Positions 46,875 through 57,623 are shown, counted from the stretch's first letter. The stretch is DNA of 60,592 nt from Acidilobaceae archaeon (GCA_026985435.1 JALSQL010000012.1:1-60592); one strand, 5' to 3'. Notes: generated from the sequence alone by a model not told the origin. Numbers and translations: made by a program.

Positions 46875-48326
46875 ATGGTGACCGTGGCGTACACCGTCCA
46901 GTCCGTCGTCAACCACTACGGGGAGGACTCGGGTGACACTATAGTAGTGAGCGACGGCAGGATAAGCAGCGTGACGTACGGCGCCTACCCCTCCTACGCT
47001 ACCCACAAGCAGCTGCCGGGCTACATACTCCCCGGAATAGTAGACGCTCACCTCCACCTCGCAAGCCTGGGCGTATCCCTGCTGGGCGCAGACCTCCGCG
47101 GCGCCAGGGACCCCTGGGAGGTAGCCGAGAGGCTCGGCGAGGCCCGGGGGCCTATAGCGTATGGGAGGGGCTGGGACCACGAGTCGTTCAGGACGGAGAG
47201 GAGGTACCCCACCCGCAAGGAGCTCGACGCCGTGGTCCCCGACAGGCCGGCGGTGGCAGTGAGGGTGTGCGGCCACGTGGCCGTCGCCAACACGCTAGCA
47301 CTCGCAATGACGAGGCCCTGGGAGGCCTACCCCAGCCTCGTGGACAGGGAGAGGGGGATCCTCCTCGAGGACGCCGTCGGCTACACCATGGAGCGCCTCC
47401 TAGCGGGGACCAGCATGCGCCTCCCCGTGGAGGTGGCCGTCGAGGCCCTTAGCTCCGCTGGCATAGCTGGCGTGTCGAGCATGTCCTGCACTCCAAGCGA
47501 GGCTAGGGCCCTCAGGAACCTGGAGATGATGGGAATCCTGAAGGTGCGAGTCTCCTGCTACCCCGACGCCCGCAGGCTCGAGGAGGTGGCCGCGGAGGGG
47601 CGCGGGAGGCTCTGGGGCGTCGTTGGGGTCAAGCTCTACGCTGACGGGAGCCTCGGCGCTCGGACCGCCTACCTCAGGGAGCCCTACAGCGACGACCCCG
47701 GGAACAGGGGGCTTAGGCTCCTGAACGCCAGGGAGATAGCCGGGATGGGCCGGGAGGCCCTCTCCAGGGGCTTCCGTGTCGCAGTCCACGCAATAGGCGA
47801 CGCGGCCCTCGACGAGGTCATCGAGGCCTACGAGACCCTCGGGGGCGACTGCCGCTACTGCAGGGTGGAGCACGCCAGCATCGCCTGGCCACGCCAGATA
47901 GGGAGGCTCGCAAGCATGGGTGTGAGGGTCGCCGTGCAGCCGAGGTTCAGGGTTAGCGACTGGTGGATAGAGAGGCGCCTCGGCCCCGGCAGGCTCGCGG
48001 CGGCGTACCCCTTCGCCTCGATGGTGCGGGCCGGGGTTAGGCTCGCCCTCTCAACAGACTCGCCCGTAGAGCCCTACCAGCCCTGGGAGACCTTCCAGGC
48101 CGCCGTGGGTAACTGTAGCCAGCCAGCCTGCAGGCCCGAGGAGAGCCTGAGCCCCCGCCAGGTGATAGAGGCCTACACAATACGCGCCGCCGAGGCCAGC
48201 GGTGGCCCAGCCGGGAAGATAGGGAGGATCTGCCGCGGGGCGCCAGCCGTCCTCGCCTACACGCCCAGCGACCCGCGCGACCCGGACTGGAGGGGCCCAC
48301 TGAGGCTGCTGCACCACGGCGTTTAA
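46875..48326 (+). CDS. Amidohydrolase (YtcJ-like)
   Basis: 'PGIVDAHLH', 'KLYADGSLGARTA', 'HAIGD', 'RVEHA', 'STDSP'. Confidence 0.92.
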   Translation: MVTVAYTVQSVVNHYGEDSGDTIVVSDGRISSVTYGAYPSYATHKQLPGYILPGIVDAHLHLASLGVSLLGADLRGARDPWEVAERLGEARGPIAYGRGWDHESFRTERRYPTRKELDAVVPDRPAVAVRVCGHVAVANTLALAMTRPWEAYPSLVDRERGILLEDAVGYTMERLLAGTSMRLPVEVAVEALSSAGIAGVSSMSCTPSEARALRNLEMMGILKVRVSCYPDARRLEEVAAEGRGRLWGVVGVKLYADGSLGARTAYLREPYSDDPGNRGLRLLNAREIAGMGREALSRGFRVAVHAIGDAALDEVIEAYETLGGDCRYCRVEHASIAWPRQIGRLASMGVRVAVQPRFRVSDWWIERRLGPGRLAAAYPFASMVRAGVRLALSTDSPVEPYQPWETFQAAVGNCSQPACRPEESLSPRQVIEAYTIRAAEASGGPAGKIGRICRGAPAVLAYTPSDPRDPDWRGPLRLLHHGV

Positions 48327-48437
48327 CCCTCCCCCAGCGCGCCTGCTACCGCCCCGCGGCGGTGCGCTGACCGCCAGTGGGGGACCCTCCCGGGGGGATG
48401 GCCGCTCTTCAGCTGGGCTAGCCGCGGGGGCTACGCT

Positions 48438-49610
48438 ATGCCAGCACGCGGCGGTGCTGCGGGCTCGACGCTGACCCTGGGCCCCGCCCGCCTGAGGGTC
48501 GGGGTTATAGTGAACCCCGTGGCAGGCATGGGCGGGAGGCTCGCCCTTAAAGGCACGGACGGCGCCGCCCTCCTAGAGGCCCTCGCCCGGGGCGCCAGGC
48601 CGGTCTCGCCCATCAGGGCTTCGAGGTTCCTCGCGGGCCTCGACCCGCGCCTCGTGGATAGAGTGTACATGCCGGCGGGGCTCATGGGCTCGGAGGCCCC
48701 GGGGTACCCCTGGAGGCTGGAGGGTAGGGTCTCCATCCTCGACTGCGTTGAGCCCCACAAGTGGCCGACGAGCAGGCTCGACACGATAGCCTGCGCTAGG
48801 GCCATGCTCGGGCTTGTCGACCTCCTGGTTTTCGTGGGAGGCGACGGCACCGCCAGGGACGTATTAGAGGCTGTCGGCCTCCAGCTCCCGATCCTAGGCG
48901 TCCCAGCGGGAGTTAAGGTCTTCAGCGGGGTGTTCGCCGTCAGCCCGGAGTCGGCCGCCAGGCTCGTGGCCCGCTGCGCCACAAGCGGGTGCCCCCTCGA
49001 GGAGGCTGAGATCGTTGACGCCGACGAGGAGGAGTACAGGAGGGGGAGGCTGGCGCTCCGCCTCCACGGCTACGCTCTAACCCCCAAGGCGCCAGGCCTG
49101 CTCCAGGGCGCCAAGGAGCCGACGGCCCCCGATGACCTGGAGGGGATAGGCCTCCAGGTGGCCGAGATGGTCGAGGAGTGCACACTCTACATCCTAGGCC
49201 CGGGAAGCACCGTGGCATGGGTCGCCCGGGCGCTCGGAGTCGAGAAGACGCTCCTCGGCGTCGACGCCTACCACGCCGGGAGGCTCGTAGGCAGGGACCT
49301 CGACGCGGGGAGGCTGGAGAGCCTGGCCTCATCCTATGACAGGGTGAGGCTCATCCTGACACCGGTCGGGGGCACCGGCTTCCTCCTAGGCCGCGGGAAC
49401 CAGCAGATAACACCGGCTATCCTCCGGCGGGCCGGCAGGGACGGCCTGATAGTGGTCTCGGCGCCCTCCAAGCTGCGCGGGCTCCACTACAGGCTCCTCG
49501 TCGACACGGGCGACCCGGAGGTCGACTCTATGCTCGAGGGCCACGTGAGGGTTGTAGTGGGGTATAACCGGTGGGCCGTGGCCAGGATAGTCGCCGCCTG
49601 GAGGCTCTAG
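48438..49610 (+). CDS. ATP-NAD kinase-like protein (AcoX-related)
   Basis: 'VNPVAGMGG..ALKGTDG', 'GGDGTARD', 'GVPAGVKVFS', 'GRGNQQ', 'LVDTGD'. Confidence 0.85.
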   Translation: MPARGGAAGSTLTLGPARLRVGVIVNPVAGMGGRLALKGTDGAALLEALARGARPVSPIRASRFLAGLDPRLVDRVYMPAGLMGSEAPGYPWRLEGRVSILDCVEPHKWPTSRLDTIACARAMLGLVDLLVFVGGDGTARDVLEAVGLQLPILGVPAGVKVFSGVFAVSPESAARLVARCATSGCPLEEAEIVDADEEEYRRGRLALRLHGYALTPKAPGLLQGAKEPTAPDDLEGIGLQVAEMVEECTLYILGPGSTVAWVARALGVEKTLLGVDAYHAGRLVGRDLDAGRLESLASSYDRVRLILTPVGGTGFLLGRGNQQITPAILRRAGRDGLIVVSAPSKLRGLHYRLLVDTGDPEVDSMLEGHVRVVVGYNRWAVARIVAAWRL

Positions 49611-50035
49611 CCGCCCTTCTCCCTCCTTATCTTCTCAGCGTACCTCTCCGGCGTCAGGAGGCCCTGAAGCTGGGATGGGTCGTCGGGCCTCATGGCGAAG
49701 ATCCACCCCTCACCGTAGGGGTCCCTGTTGACCAGCTCCGGCTCGTCGAGGAGCCTCTCGTTAACCTCGACAACCTCCCCGTCGACCGGGGCGTAGACGT
49801 CGGCCGTGGCCTTGATAGACTCAAGCACCGCCGCCGGCTCGCCCTTCCGGAGCCTCGAGCCGACCTCGGGTAGCTCCACGCCCACTATGTCCTTCAGCTC
49901 CTTCTGCGCGTAGTCGGTCACCCCAACCCTAACAACCCCGTCCTCGACCCTCACCCACTCGTCACTCTCGGTGTATAGGAGTGCGTCGTCAACCTCGTAG
50001 ACCCCCGAGGGCGTCTCCACGCGTATCCTAGCCAC
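49607..50035 (-). CDS. gcvH: Glycine cleavage system H (lipoyl carrier) protein
   Basis: 'VGVTDYAQ', lipoyl site 'ESIKA', 'N.DPYGEGW'. Confidence 0.95.
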   Translation of the reverse strand: MARIRVETPSGVYEVDDALLYTESDEWVRVEDGVVRVGVTDYAQKELKDIVGVELPEVGSRLRKGEPAAVLESIKATADVYAPVDGEVVEVNERLLDEPELVNRDPYGEGWIFAMRPDDPSQLQGLLTPERYAEKIRREKGG

Positions 50036-50149
50036 TCCCCAGCACCGCCCGAAGGCTGTGCCCGGGCTCCTAATTTAGTGTGGGGGTGCCGGAAAGACGT
50101 ATTATTGCTCGGCGCCCGGGCTTCATGCGTGGACCAGGGTGCGCCTGGC

Positions 50150-51193
50150 ATGCTTGGCGCCTCACACTACTCCCCAGGCCTCGTGGACGTTGGGTTTGAC
50201 GCTATCGTGGACTTCTTCTATAGGCTGGCCGAGGCCGCCGACCGCCTCAGGGAGGAGGGCCTCTTCGACTACCAGCCCCGCCCGCTGCCTGAGGTCCTAG
50301 AGGTGCCGGAGAGGGGCACGGTTAGGGTCAAGCTGGGCTTCCCCGTGTACCAGAAGGGAGGCGTTGTTATGGATGTCACCAACACCGAGCAGGCCAGCAT
50401 AGCGGAGGAGGCTGGGGCCGTCGCCGTGATGGTGCTGGACAAGCTCCCCTACGATGTCAGGAAGAGCGGCGGCGTCGCCAGGATGGCCGACGTTAAGGTG
50501 ATAGAGGAGGTCATGGAGTCTATAACGATACCCGTCATGGCCAAGGTGAGGATAGGCCACTACATGGAGGCCCGCATACTAGAGGAGGTAGGCGTCGACA
50601 TGATTGATGAGAGCGAGGTCCTGACGCCCGTCGACGAGAAGCACCACATAAACAAGTGGCTCTTCACCGTCCCCTTCGTCAACGGCGCCCGCGACCTGGG
50701 GGAGGCCCTGCGGAGGATTACGGAGGGCGCCGCCATGATAAGGACCAAGGGGGAGGCTGGCACAGGGAACGTGGCGGAGGCTGTGAGGCACATGAAGATA
50801 ATAATGGGGGAGATACGCCTCCTCCGCTCCATGCCGCCCGAGGAGAGGATTAGGAAAGCCAGAGAGTACGGGGTGCCCCACCAGCTGGTAGACCTCACCG
50901 CCAGGCTCGGGAGGCTACCGGTGGTGAACTTCGCCGCCGGCGGCATAGCGACACCAGCCGACGCAGCGCTGATGATGTGGCTCGGCGCCGACGGCATCTT
51001 CGTCGGCTCGGGCATCTTCAAGAGCCGCGACCCGCCCGAGAGGGCCGCGGCCATAGTGCTGGCCACTAGCATGTGGGACGAGCCGGAGTACGTGGTTGAG
51101 GCACAGAGGATGATCAGCGAGCAGAAGAGTATGATGGGCATAGACATACGCCAGCTGAAGCCTGAGGAGCTGCTCCAGACAAGAGGTGTCTAG
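50150..51193 (+). CDS. pdxS: Pyridoxal 5'-phosphate synthase lyase subunit
   Basis: 'KGGVVMDV', 'IDESEVLT', '[10 protein letters not shown]', '[13 protein letters not shown]'; ATG 50150. Confidence 0.97.
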   Translation: MLGASHYSPGLVDVGFDAIVDFFYRLAEAADRLREEGLFDYQPRPLPEVLEVPERGTVRVKLGFPVYQKGGVVMDVTNTEQASIAEEAGAVAVMVLDKLPYDVRKSGGVARMADVKVIEEVMESITIPVMAKVRIGHYMEARILEEVGVDMIDESEVLTPVDEKHHINKWLFTVPFVNGARDLGEALRRITEGAAMIRTKGEAGTGNVAEAVRHMKIIMGEIRLLRSMPPEERIRKAREYGVPHQLVDLTARLGRLPVVNFAAGGIATPADAALMMWLGADGIFVGSGIFKSRDPPERAAAIVLATSMWDEPEYVVEAQRMISEQKSMMGIDIRQLKPEELLQTRGV

Positions 51194-51195
51194 CC

Positions 51196-51807
51196 TTGGT
51201 GAAGGTCGGCATAGTGGCCCTCCAGGGCGGCGTGGCCGAGCACTACCACATGGTGAGGCTGGCCGGCGAGCGCTCCGGCATACCGGCCGAGCCCGTGATA
51301 GTGAAGAAGCCCGGCCAGCTCGAGGGCCTGGACGCCATCATAATACCCGGCGGGGAGTCGACCACCATAGGCGTCGTCGCGCGGAGGGTCGGCCTCCTCG
51401 AGCCGCTCAGGGACGCCCTACTCTCCGGCACCCCCGCCCTGGGCACATGCGCTGGCGCCATAATCATGGCGAAGAGGGTTACCGCTGGCTCGAAGGGTGG
51501 CCAGCCCCTCCTCGGCGTCATGGACGTCGAGGTTCACCGCAACTATTTCGGGAGGCAGAGGGAGAGCTTCGAGCTGGACCTCCGCATAGACTTCCTCGAC
51601 GAGAAGCCCTTCCGGGGCGTGTTCATCAGGGCCCCCGCCTTCACCGACTTCTGGGCGTCCGCCAGGCCAGCCGCCACCGCCAGGATAGACGGCTCGGAGG
51701 TCCATGTCGCCGCTGTTGAGGGCGGCCTAGTAGCGACGAGCTTCCACCCAGAGCTAACCGGCGACACGAGGATACACGAGTACCTCCTACGCCTAGCGAA
51801 GAGGTAG
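51196..51807 (+). CDS. pdxT: PLP synthase glutaminase subunit
   Basis: 'ALQG', 'PGGEST', 'GTCAG', 'RNYFGRQ', 'FHPE'. Confidence 0.97.
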   Translation: MVKVGIVALQGGVAEHYHMVRLAGERSGIPAEPVIVKKPGQLEGLDAIIIPGGESTTIGVVARRVGLLEPLRDALLSGTPALGTCAGAIIMAKRVTAGSKGGQPLLGVMDVEVHRNYFGRQRESFELDLRIDFLDEKPFRGVFIRAPAFTDFWASARPAATARIDGSEVHVAAVEGGLVATSFHPELTGDTRIHEYLLRLAKR

Positions 51808-51814
51808 CCCGCGG

Positions 51815-52285
51815 ATGCGCCGGAGGCAGCTCCAGGCAGTCCTAGCCGTCTTTCTGGCATTCATAGCTGGCGCCGCCCCCTGGGCGTCCAGCGGGGGGAG
51901 CCGCAGCTACGAGGCCACCCTCACCATACCGCCGGGCGTGGCGGCGCCCCTCCACCTAGACAGCCCCGGCTCGTACTCGGTGGCGGTCAACGCTAGCTCG
52001 CCCATAGAGGTGTACGTGGCCCCCTGCAGCGACATCCACTCTCCCAGCGGCCTCCTCGCCGCCAGGGTCTCGGGGGTGGAGGCCGAGGTGAGGGTGGGCC
52101 CCGGAGAGTGCCTGGTGTTCTCTAACACCGCCGGCCCCACAGCGGTAAACGTGACCGTCAGGCTTGAGGCCTCCCCCGGCGCTTCCCCCCTCCTCTGGGC
52201 GTCCAGCCTAGCCCTCGCCGCCTCGGCCGCCTACCTCGCCTACCGGGCCTCTCTTCCTCTTGAAGAGGAGCAGGTCGAGGCCTAG
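51815..52285 (+). CDS. Hypothetical exported/membrane-anchored protein
   Basis: N-terminal signal, beta-rich domain, C-terminal TM. Confidence 0.6.
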   Translation: MRRRQLQAVLAVFLAFIAGAAPWASSGGSRSYEATLTIPPGVAAPLHLDSPGSYSVAVNASSPIEVYVAPCSDIHSPSGLLAARVSGVEAEVRVGPGECLVFSNTAGPTAVNVTVRLEASPGASPLLWASSLALAASAAYLAYRASLPLEEEQVEA

Positions 52286-53389
52286 GTCCTTGGGTGGCCT
52301 CCCCCAGTATAGGGAGAGGCTCGCCATCCCAGCCGCCACCCGGGCCTCCCACGTGTTTCCCCGGGCCTTGAAGCTCTCCTCGCCCACCATCACGAGGGAG
52401 GCCCCCGCCTCGGCGGCGAGCACGGCCCCCAGCAGGGTGGAGCCGGTCGTGTCGCCGTCCATCAGCTCCACCACGTTGTTCAACCCAACCATCAGGGGGT
52501 ACCCGGCCGCCCCCGACTCCGAGCGCGCCAGGCAGAGCGCGCCCAGAGCCCCCGGCGCCCCCGCGGGCCTCAGCACGGGGTCCAGGATTGCCCTCTCGAA
52601 GCCGAGCCTCCGGGCCTCCTCGGAGGCCCTGAGGAGGCCGCCGGGCGCCAGGACGACGAAGGCGGCGGCCCTCCTCAGGCTGGGCGGCACTAGCCCGAGA
52701 GTCTCCACGGTCAGGCTCAGTGCTAGGGGCGCCCCGCGCCTGGCAGCCTCCACCGCCAGCCTCGGAGATCCAGGGTCGGCCGCCACGGGCGCTGGCCAGC
52801 TGTCGAGCAGCCTCGCCAGGAGCCTCCAGTAGCAGTCCAGGGGAACCCTGCCATCCCAGCCCAGGGAGACCACGTCGGCCCCCTCCAGGGCCCTCCAGTA
52901 CACCTCGCCCGTCAGCTCCTCCCAGTCGCAGCTCCTCGGGTATACCTCGCTTACAACGAGCAGCGGGGGAGGCCTGAGGGGCACCCTCAGGCCCCCCAGG
53001 TTGAATGCGGCCCCGCCCGGCGGCTCCGCGCGGAGCTCCGAGAGTGTCTCCACCGCCAGCCTGGCCATGTCGGGGCCGACCGCCTTCTCGGCCTCAACCT
53101 CCGGTGAGAGGCGGCTCACACCCCAGCGGGCCACGATGGCTAGCGTCAGGCTAGGCGACCAGGCGCCCCGCACCACCCGAACGCCGAGGCTCTCGGAGAG
53201 CCTCGCCCAGGGCCCGCCCCAGCTGCCGGGGAGCACCACCACCTCAGCCCCGAGGCGGGCGAGCCTCTCAGCGGCACCCGCGGCCTCGGCCGGGGCCGGG
53301 GCGGCCTCGTAGACCACCCGGTACCCGAGGCGCTCCAGGCCCCTAGCCATGGCGGCTAGGGTCTCCCTGGAGGGCCCCACGAGCCCCAC
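52208..53389 (-). CDS. Dihydropteroate synthase-related (pterin-binding) protein
   Basis: 'EGADVV.LG', 'ILDPVL', 'GLNNVVELMDGD..G', 'PPKDLGLDLL..K.K'. Confidence 0.8.
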   Translation of the reverse strand: MGLVGPSRETLAAMARGLERLGYRVVYEAAPAPAEAAGAAERLARLGAEVVVLPGSWGGPWARLSESLGVRVVRGAWSPSLTLAIVARWGVSRLSPEVEAEKAVGPDMARLAVETLSELRAEPPGGAAFNLGGLRVPLRPPPLLVVSEVYPRSCDWEELTGEVYWRALEGADVVSLGWDGRVPLDCYWRLLARLLDSWPAPVAADPGSPRLAVEAARRGAPLALSLTVETLGLVPPSLRRAAAFVVLAPGGLLRASEEARRLGFERAILDPVLRPAGAPGALGALCLARSESGAAGYPLMVGLNNVVELMDGDTTGSTLLGAVLAAEAGASLVMVGEESFKARGNTWEARVAAGMASLSLYWGRPPKDLGLDLLLFKRKRGPVGEVGGRGGEG

Positions 53390-53449
53390 AATCCTGGGCT
53401 CCGGCGCCGCTGGCCACCCCCAGAGGGGCTGGGGGCCACTGCTGCCGGT

Positions 53450-55891
53450 CTACTCTATCCAGTCGCCAGTCTCGATCTTCTCTGGGAGGTACTTGAAGGC
53501 GAGGAACTTGAGGCCCTTGCTGGCGAGCGCCTCTATCTCGAGTTTAGCCTTCTTGTTGAGGAATATCCTTATCTCCCTCATCCACCCCTTCGTGCGGAAC
53601 CAGCTGTAGTTCATCAGCTCCTTCGCCCTCCTGATGTCGGTCTCCTTCGCCTTTATTATGTAGTTCCTCCTCTCGGCCTCTGTGAGGTAGGGCTTCTTCC
53701 TCCCGTAGCCGAAGACGTCGGTCATGCTCACGCCGAGGAACCTGGCCTTCGGCGTTGCCAGCCTCTCGCTCTCGTAGCTGAGCTGTATCGAGCCGACCTT
53801 GAAGACGCTGTAGATGTACCACCCGTATGGGTCGCTGTTGTGGTAGACCACGCCGTAGGAGCCAGTGAAGGTGTTGACCCCCGGAACCGCCAGGTCGTAG
53901 ACGTAGCCGCTGTAGCGCCTCCTCCTAACACCGCTCACGGCGACGACTACAGCCCCGCCGAGCACTATGGGCTCTATGGCCCTCAGGCTGGGGGCTAGCG
54001 CCATGGCCCTCCTCAGCTTCCACTTCGCGAGCCTCCTGGCGGACCTGTTTATGTAGAGCACGCTCCCGTGGAGCAGGGCGAGCTCCCGCCTAGCCTCCTC
54101 CGGCACGGGTATCGAGTATAGTGGGTCCGGGCCCTCGCCAGCCGGCGGCGGGTCCTCCCCCGTTATAGCCCTGTAGACCTCCGGGGGTGTCCGCCTGCGG
54201 CTCGGAGATATCCTAACCTCCACCCTCTCACCGGAGCCCCCCACCGAGGGGTTCACACCCAGCGTCTGCAGCATGAGGAAGACCTGCTTCGCATACGCCT
54301 CCCCCCGGAGCTTGAGGACCACCTCGCCCGACCTGTCTATGTAGCCGGAGCCCTCGTAGACGCCGCGGAGGAAGGCCAGCTTCGCTATGGCGCCGCCCGA
54401 CATTACGGCCGCTGGCACCCGACGCCTGTCAACCTCTCCTATGCCGAGCGCTCCAACGGCGTCGACGCACCTCTTGTCGGCCACTACTATCACTGTCCTC
54501 CCCCGCCTCTCCTCTACGAACCCGCGGGCCCCGCACCTCCTGATGATGTCCATGTACTCCTCCACCCTGTCCGGGCTCGCCCGGCCTAGCGACGCCCGGA
54601 CATACCTCCCCCTCTCCACCACAGCCGACGCCGTGGCTAGGCCTGCCAGGGAGATGCAGCTGTAGCACAGCCTACCGTCGCTGACCGGGATCCTAGCGGG
54701 GCACCTCGACACCATCATGGATACCACGGCGGCTGGGTCGAGGCCTGGGCCCGCTGGCGGTATGCGCTCCGCCACCACCAGGTAGTCGCCCGGCTCCACC
54801 TCGCCCGCCGTGACCAGCCTCAGCCTCCCGTCGCGGAGAACGTAGAGGGAGTGGCCCCCCGTGGCCCTCACTACGCCGCGGCCCCTGGTCTCTATCTCTA
54901 CAAGCTCTCCACCCTCGACCCAGTGCCTGTAGGCGTACCCCAGGCCCGCCCACCTGACGAGGCCGGTCTCGGGGTCCCACGCGGGGACCCTGGCATCCAC
55001 CACCGCCCTCTCCCGGTCTCCGCCGGTGAAGCTGCCCGAGAGGAGGTCCTCTATCGGCCCCGCCTCCACGAGGCCCCCGGGCCCCTCTAGCATTACCACC
55101 TCGTCGCCGGGGATGCTGTCGGTTAACACGTAGACGGGGAGACCCAGCTCCTCGTTGAGCCTCCTCACGAACCTCCTGGTCGCCCTGTCCGGCTGGCCAG
55201 CGCCGGTTACGAGTATGGCCTTGTACTTCTTCCAGAAGCCTACCCTGTGGAGCTGCTGGAAGACGGCGTCCTTCTCGACTACTAGCACGAACTCGGCGTC
55301 CCAGTCCAGGAACTCTATGAGGTCCGGGGTGGACTCTATGGCGTAGGCGCCGTGGCCTAGCCTGGAGAGGTCTATGACGTCTCCCCCGCTCCGTATCCTC
55401 ATGTTGCCGACTACCTTCCCCTTCTCCTTGCTTAGGATGAGCATGTCCTCCCTTAGCATGCCGGTGTAGACCTCAATATCCCTTATGACCGCGTCGCTCT
55501 CCGCCTGCTCGTCCCAGGTGTTCTCCTCCCTGAGCCTCCCCCGGAGGTCCCTGTATACTATGGTGTGCTTCCCGCGGTAGTAGAGGTCTCGTATGGTGGG
55601 GTACTCGTTCTCTATCAGCGCCTGGTATATTATGCTGGCCATGAGGACTGTCTGCATGAACCTCCTCGCCTCCCCCATGTCCAGGAACTCCCTCTCCAGC
55701 GTCTCGCTGCCCAGCACGAGTATGCCCCGCTCGGGGTCGAACACCGTGTTCGCCAGGGTCCTCTTCGGAATCACGAGCTTGGGGGGTTTACCCTCCATTA
55801 TATCCTCGAGCACCCTCCTAAACTTCTCGTGTATAACCCTGGCCGCCCGTATGCGGGCCTCGAGGTCCACCTTGTCCGGAGCCGCTGCCAC
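53450..55891 (-). CDS. top6A: DNA topoisomerase VI subunit A precursor, intein-containing (386-aa extein)
   Basis: 'TIRDLYY' (catalytic Tyr region), 'LVVEKDAVF', Toprim 'VLTD|SDPYG' split by the insert, 'KLEIEAL'. Confidence 0.96.
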   Translation of the reverse strand: MAAAPDKVDLEARIRAARVIHEKFRRVLEDIMEGKPPKLVIPKRTLANTVFDPERGILVLGSETLEREFLDMGEARRFMQTVLMASIIYQALIENEYPTIRDLYYRGKHTIVYRDLRGRLREENTWDEQAESDAVIRDIEVYTGMLREDMLILSKEKGKVVGNMRIRSGGDVIDLSRLGHGAYAIESTPDLIEFLDWDAEFVLVVEKDAVFQQLHRVGFWKKYKAILVTGAGQPDRATRRFVRRLNEELGLPVYVLTDSIPGDEVVMLEGPGGLVEAGPIEDLLSGSFTGGDRERAVVDARVPAWDPETGLVRWAGLGYAYRHWVEGGELVEIETRGRGVVRATGGHSLYVLRDGRLRLVTAGEVEPGDYLVVAERIPPAGPGLDPAAVVSMMVSRCPARIPVSDGRLCYSCISLAGLATASAVVERGRYVRASLGRASPDRVEEYMDIIRRCGARGFVEERRGRTVIVVADKRCVDAVGALGIGEVDRRRVPAAVMSGGAIAKLAFLRGVYEGSGYIDRSGEVVLKLRGEAYAKQVFLMLQTLGVNPSVGGSGERVEVRISPSRRRTPPEVYRAITGEDPPPAGEGPDPLYSIPVPEEARRELALLHGSVLYINRSARRLAKWKLRRAMALAPSLRAIEPIVLGGAVVVAVSGVRRRRYSGYVYDLAVPGVNTFTGSYGVVYHNSDPYGWYIYSVFKVGSIQLSYESERLATPKARFLGVSMTDVFGYGRKKPYLTEAERRNYIIKAKETDIRRAKELMNYSWFRTKGWMREIRIFLNKKAKLEIEALASKGLKFLAFKYLPEKIETGDWIE
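53837..55117 (-). mobile_element. Intein (427 aa) with degenerate LAGLIDADG homing-endonuclease domain
   Basis: Block A 'SIPGDE', block B 'VRATGGHSLY', block F 'YSGYVYDLAV', block G 'VVYHN' followed by Ser+1; EN blocks 'LAGLATASA' and 'FLRGVYEGSG'. Confidence 0.95.
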
Positions 55892-55910
55892 GCCCCTACA
55901 CCTCCCGGCT

Positions 55911-57623
55911 CTACTCTACCCTCACGTTCTCGATCACCGACTTCACTATCCTCACTGGGTCTGGCCTCTCGCCGTCAACCGCGGGCACCTCCACGTTCTC
56001 AGCCACTATCCTGACCAGGGCCTCCACTATCTCCCTCTCCTCCTCCGGCCTGGGCGGCTCCCACCTGTCAGGGGGCTTGCTGAGGACCGCCAGGCTCCTG
56101 GCCACCTCCGGTATGTACTTGGATATCGTCACTATCTTCCTCCTGACCTCGGCCTCCCTCTTCTTCCTGCTCAGGTAGGCCCTCAGCCTCCTGGCTACCT
56201 CCTGCACCGCCGCCCTGATCTCGGCCTCGATCTCGGGGACCTCGCTTATGCTCTCCTTGCCTACCCCCTTGTAGGGCACCTTCGTGCTGGCTATGTGCAC
56301 GAGGACCACCAGCGGGGCTGGGAAGTCCACCCCGTAGAGCTTCCAGTTGATCCTGGAGACGACCTTCCACGACACGTCCTCCCTCTCCTCGTAGAGTAGC
56401 GGGATCTTGTTGGCGTACCTCAGGAGGAGCGGCTCGTCCCTAGGCTTGATGGCGCCCCCGTAGGCTATCCCGGCCTCCACTATGAAGGGGTGCCCCTCGT
56501 AGGCCTTGGGGCTCCTGGTGACGGCTCCGACCCACTCGGGGGCGAACAGCCTCCTCAGCCCTATCACTATCAGGTCCTCGCCTATCGGGCTTAGGTAGTC
56601 GCTCCTCGGGGCCCTGAACTCGCGGTACGTCCTCATCCTGTCGGCCAGCAGGCCCAGCAGCTTCCCGTTGCCCTTGTCGAGGAGCCTCTTCGGGTTCATG
56701 TCGGGCTCCAGCCCGACGTCGGCAAGGAACTTCTCGGCGGTCTTCACGCCAACGCTCTGGAACTCCTCGACCAGCATGTCCCTCAGCGTCTTGGCGCTCG
56801 TACTCTTTATTATCATCTTAAGCTGCTCTAGGTCGACCCCGTGCGGGTGCGGCTTCGCCTCCCTGGGCGGCCTCGGCATCTTCCTGGTCGTCCTCGGGTA
56901 GTGGTAGACCGTCCCATCGGGCGTTATCAGCGTTATTGTGGCGTATGGTGCTATGATGGCGGTGCGCTCTATGTACTCCACGATCCTACTCCTAGCCCTG
57001 GGCCAGTCCCCCTGGAGGGTTATGGAGACCCTGGTGCCGTGCCACTTGCCCCTCCTCCTCCACTGGGCCTCCTCCACTATGACCGGCCTATTCTTACTCA
57101 TGTCTATGAAGAGCCTCTTCATGTACACGTAGGGGCTGCCCACGGGGGCGCTCACAACCTCCACCGGCTGCCCGGCGGTGGCCTGGCCGTAGAGCACGGC
57201 CGCCTTGACTCCCAGCCCGTACATGCCCCTGGTCTGGCGTATCACGTACTTGCTGCTGTAGAGCACCTTCCCGAAGGCGTTCGCTATCTCCGTGGCCGGG
57301 ACGCCTATGCCGTTATCCTCCACCGTCACGGTGTAGCGGGGGGGCGCCCTCGACTCGCCGCGGGGCGCCAGGTCCGGGCGCTCCCTGATCTCCACCCGTA
57401 TCTCGGGGAGTATCCCGTGGGTGTCGGTGGCGTCCAGCGCGTTCTCCACCAGCTCCCTAACCGTCTGGTACAGCGCCCTCGTCGGGTTCGCGAACCCGGC
57501 CAGCTCCTTGTTCTTGGCGAAGAACTCGGCTACGCTCATCTCGCGGTAGCGCTCCTTGGCCTGCCCGCCCTCCCTGGCCTTCGCCCTGGCTCTGGGCAAC
57601 CCGTCGTTACCCGTAGACGCCAC
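55911..57623 (-). CDS. top6B: DNA topoisomerase VI subunit B
   Basis: GHKL 'ELVENALDA', 'EDNGIG', 'QTRGMYGLG', 'KPHPHG', 'RYANKIPL', 'GVGKE'. Confidence 0.97.
   Translation of the reverse strand: MASTGNDGLPRARAKAREGGQAKERYREMSVAEFFAKNKELAGFANPTRALYQTVRELVENALDATDTHGILPEIRVEIRERPDLAPRGESRAPPRYTVTVEDNGIGVPATEIANAFGKVLYSSKYVIRQTRGMYGLGVKAAVLYGQATAGQPVEVVSAPVGSPYVYMKRLFIDMSKNRPVIVEEAQWRRRGKWHGTRVSITLQGDWPRARSRIVEYIERTAIIAPYATITLITPDGTVYHYPRTTRKMPRPPREAKPHPHGVDLEQLKMIIKSTSAKTLRDMLVEEFQSVGVKTAEKFLADVGLEPDMNPKRLLDKGNGKLLGLLADRMRTYREFRAPRSDYLSPIGEDLIVIGLRRLFAPEWVGAVTRSPKAYEGHPFIVEAGIAYGGAIKPRDEPLLLRYANKIPLLYEEREDVSWKVVSRINWKLYGVDFPAPLVVLVHIASTKVPYKGVGKESISEVPEIEAEIRAAVQEVARRLRAYLSRKKREAEVRRKIVTISKYIPEVARSLAVLSKPPDRWEPPRPEEEREIVEALVRIVAENVEVPAVDGERPDPVRIVKSVIENVRVE

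Noticed and set aside
48335..48372. GC-rich hairpin after the amidohydrolase gene
   Set aside because: No RNA family motif recognised; such stems are expected by chance at this GC content.
50150..50320. Long N-terminal extension of PdxS
   Set aside because: Similar extensions are, to my knowledge, usual in crenarchaeal/thermococcal PdxS.
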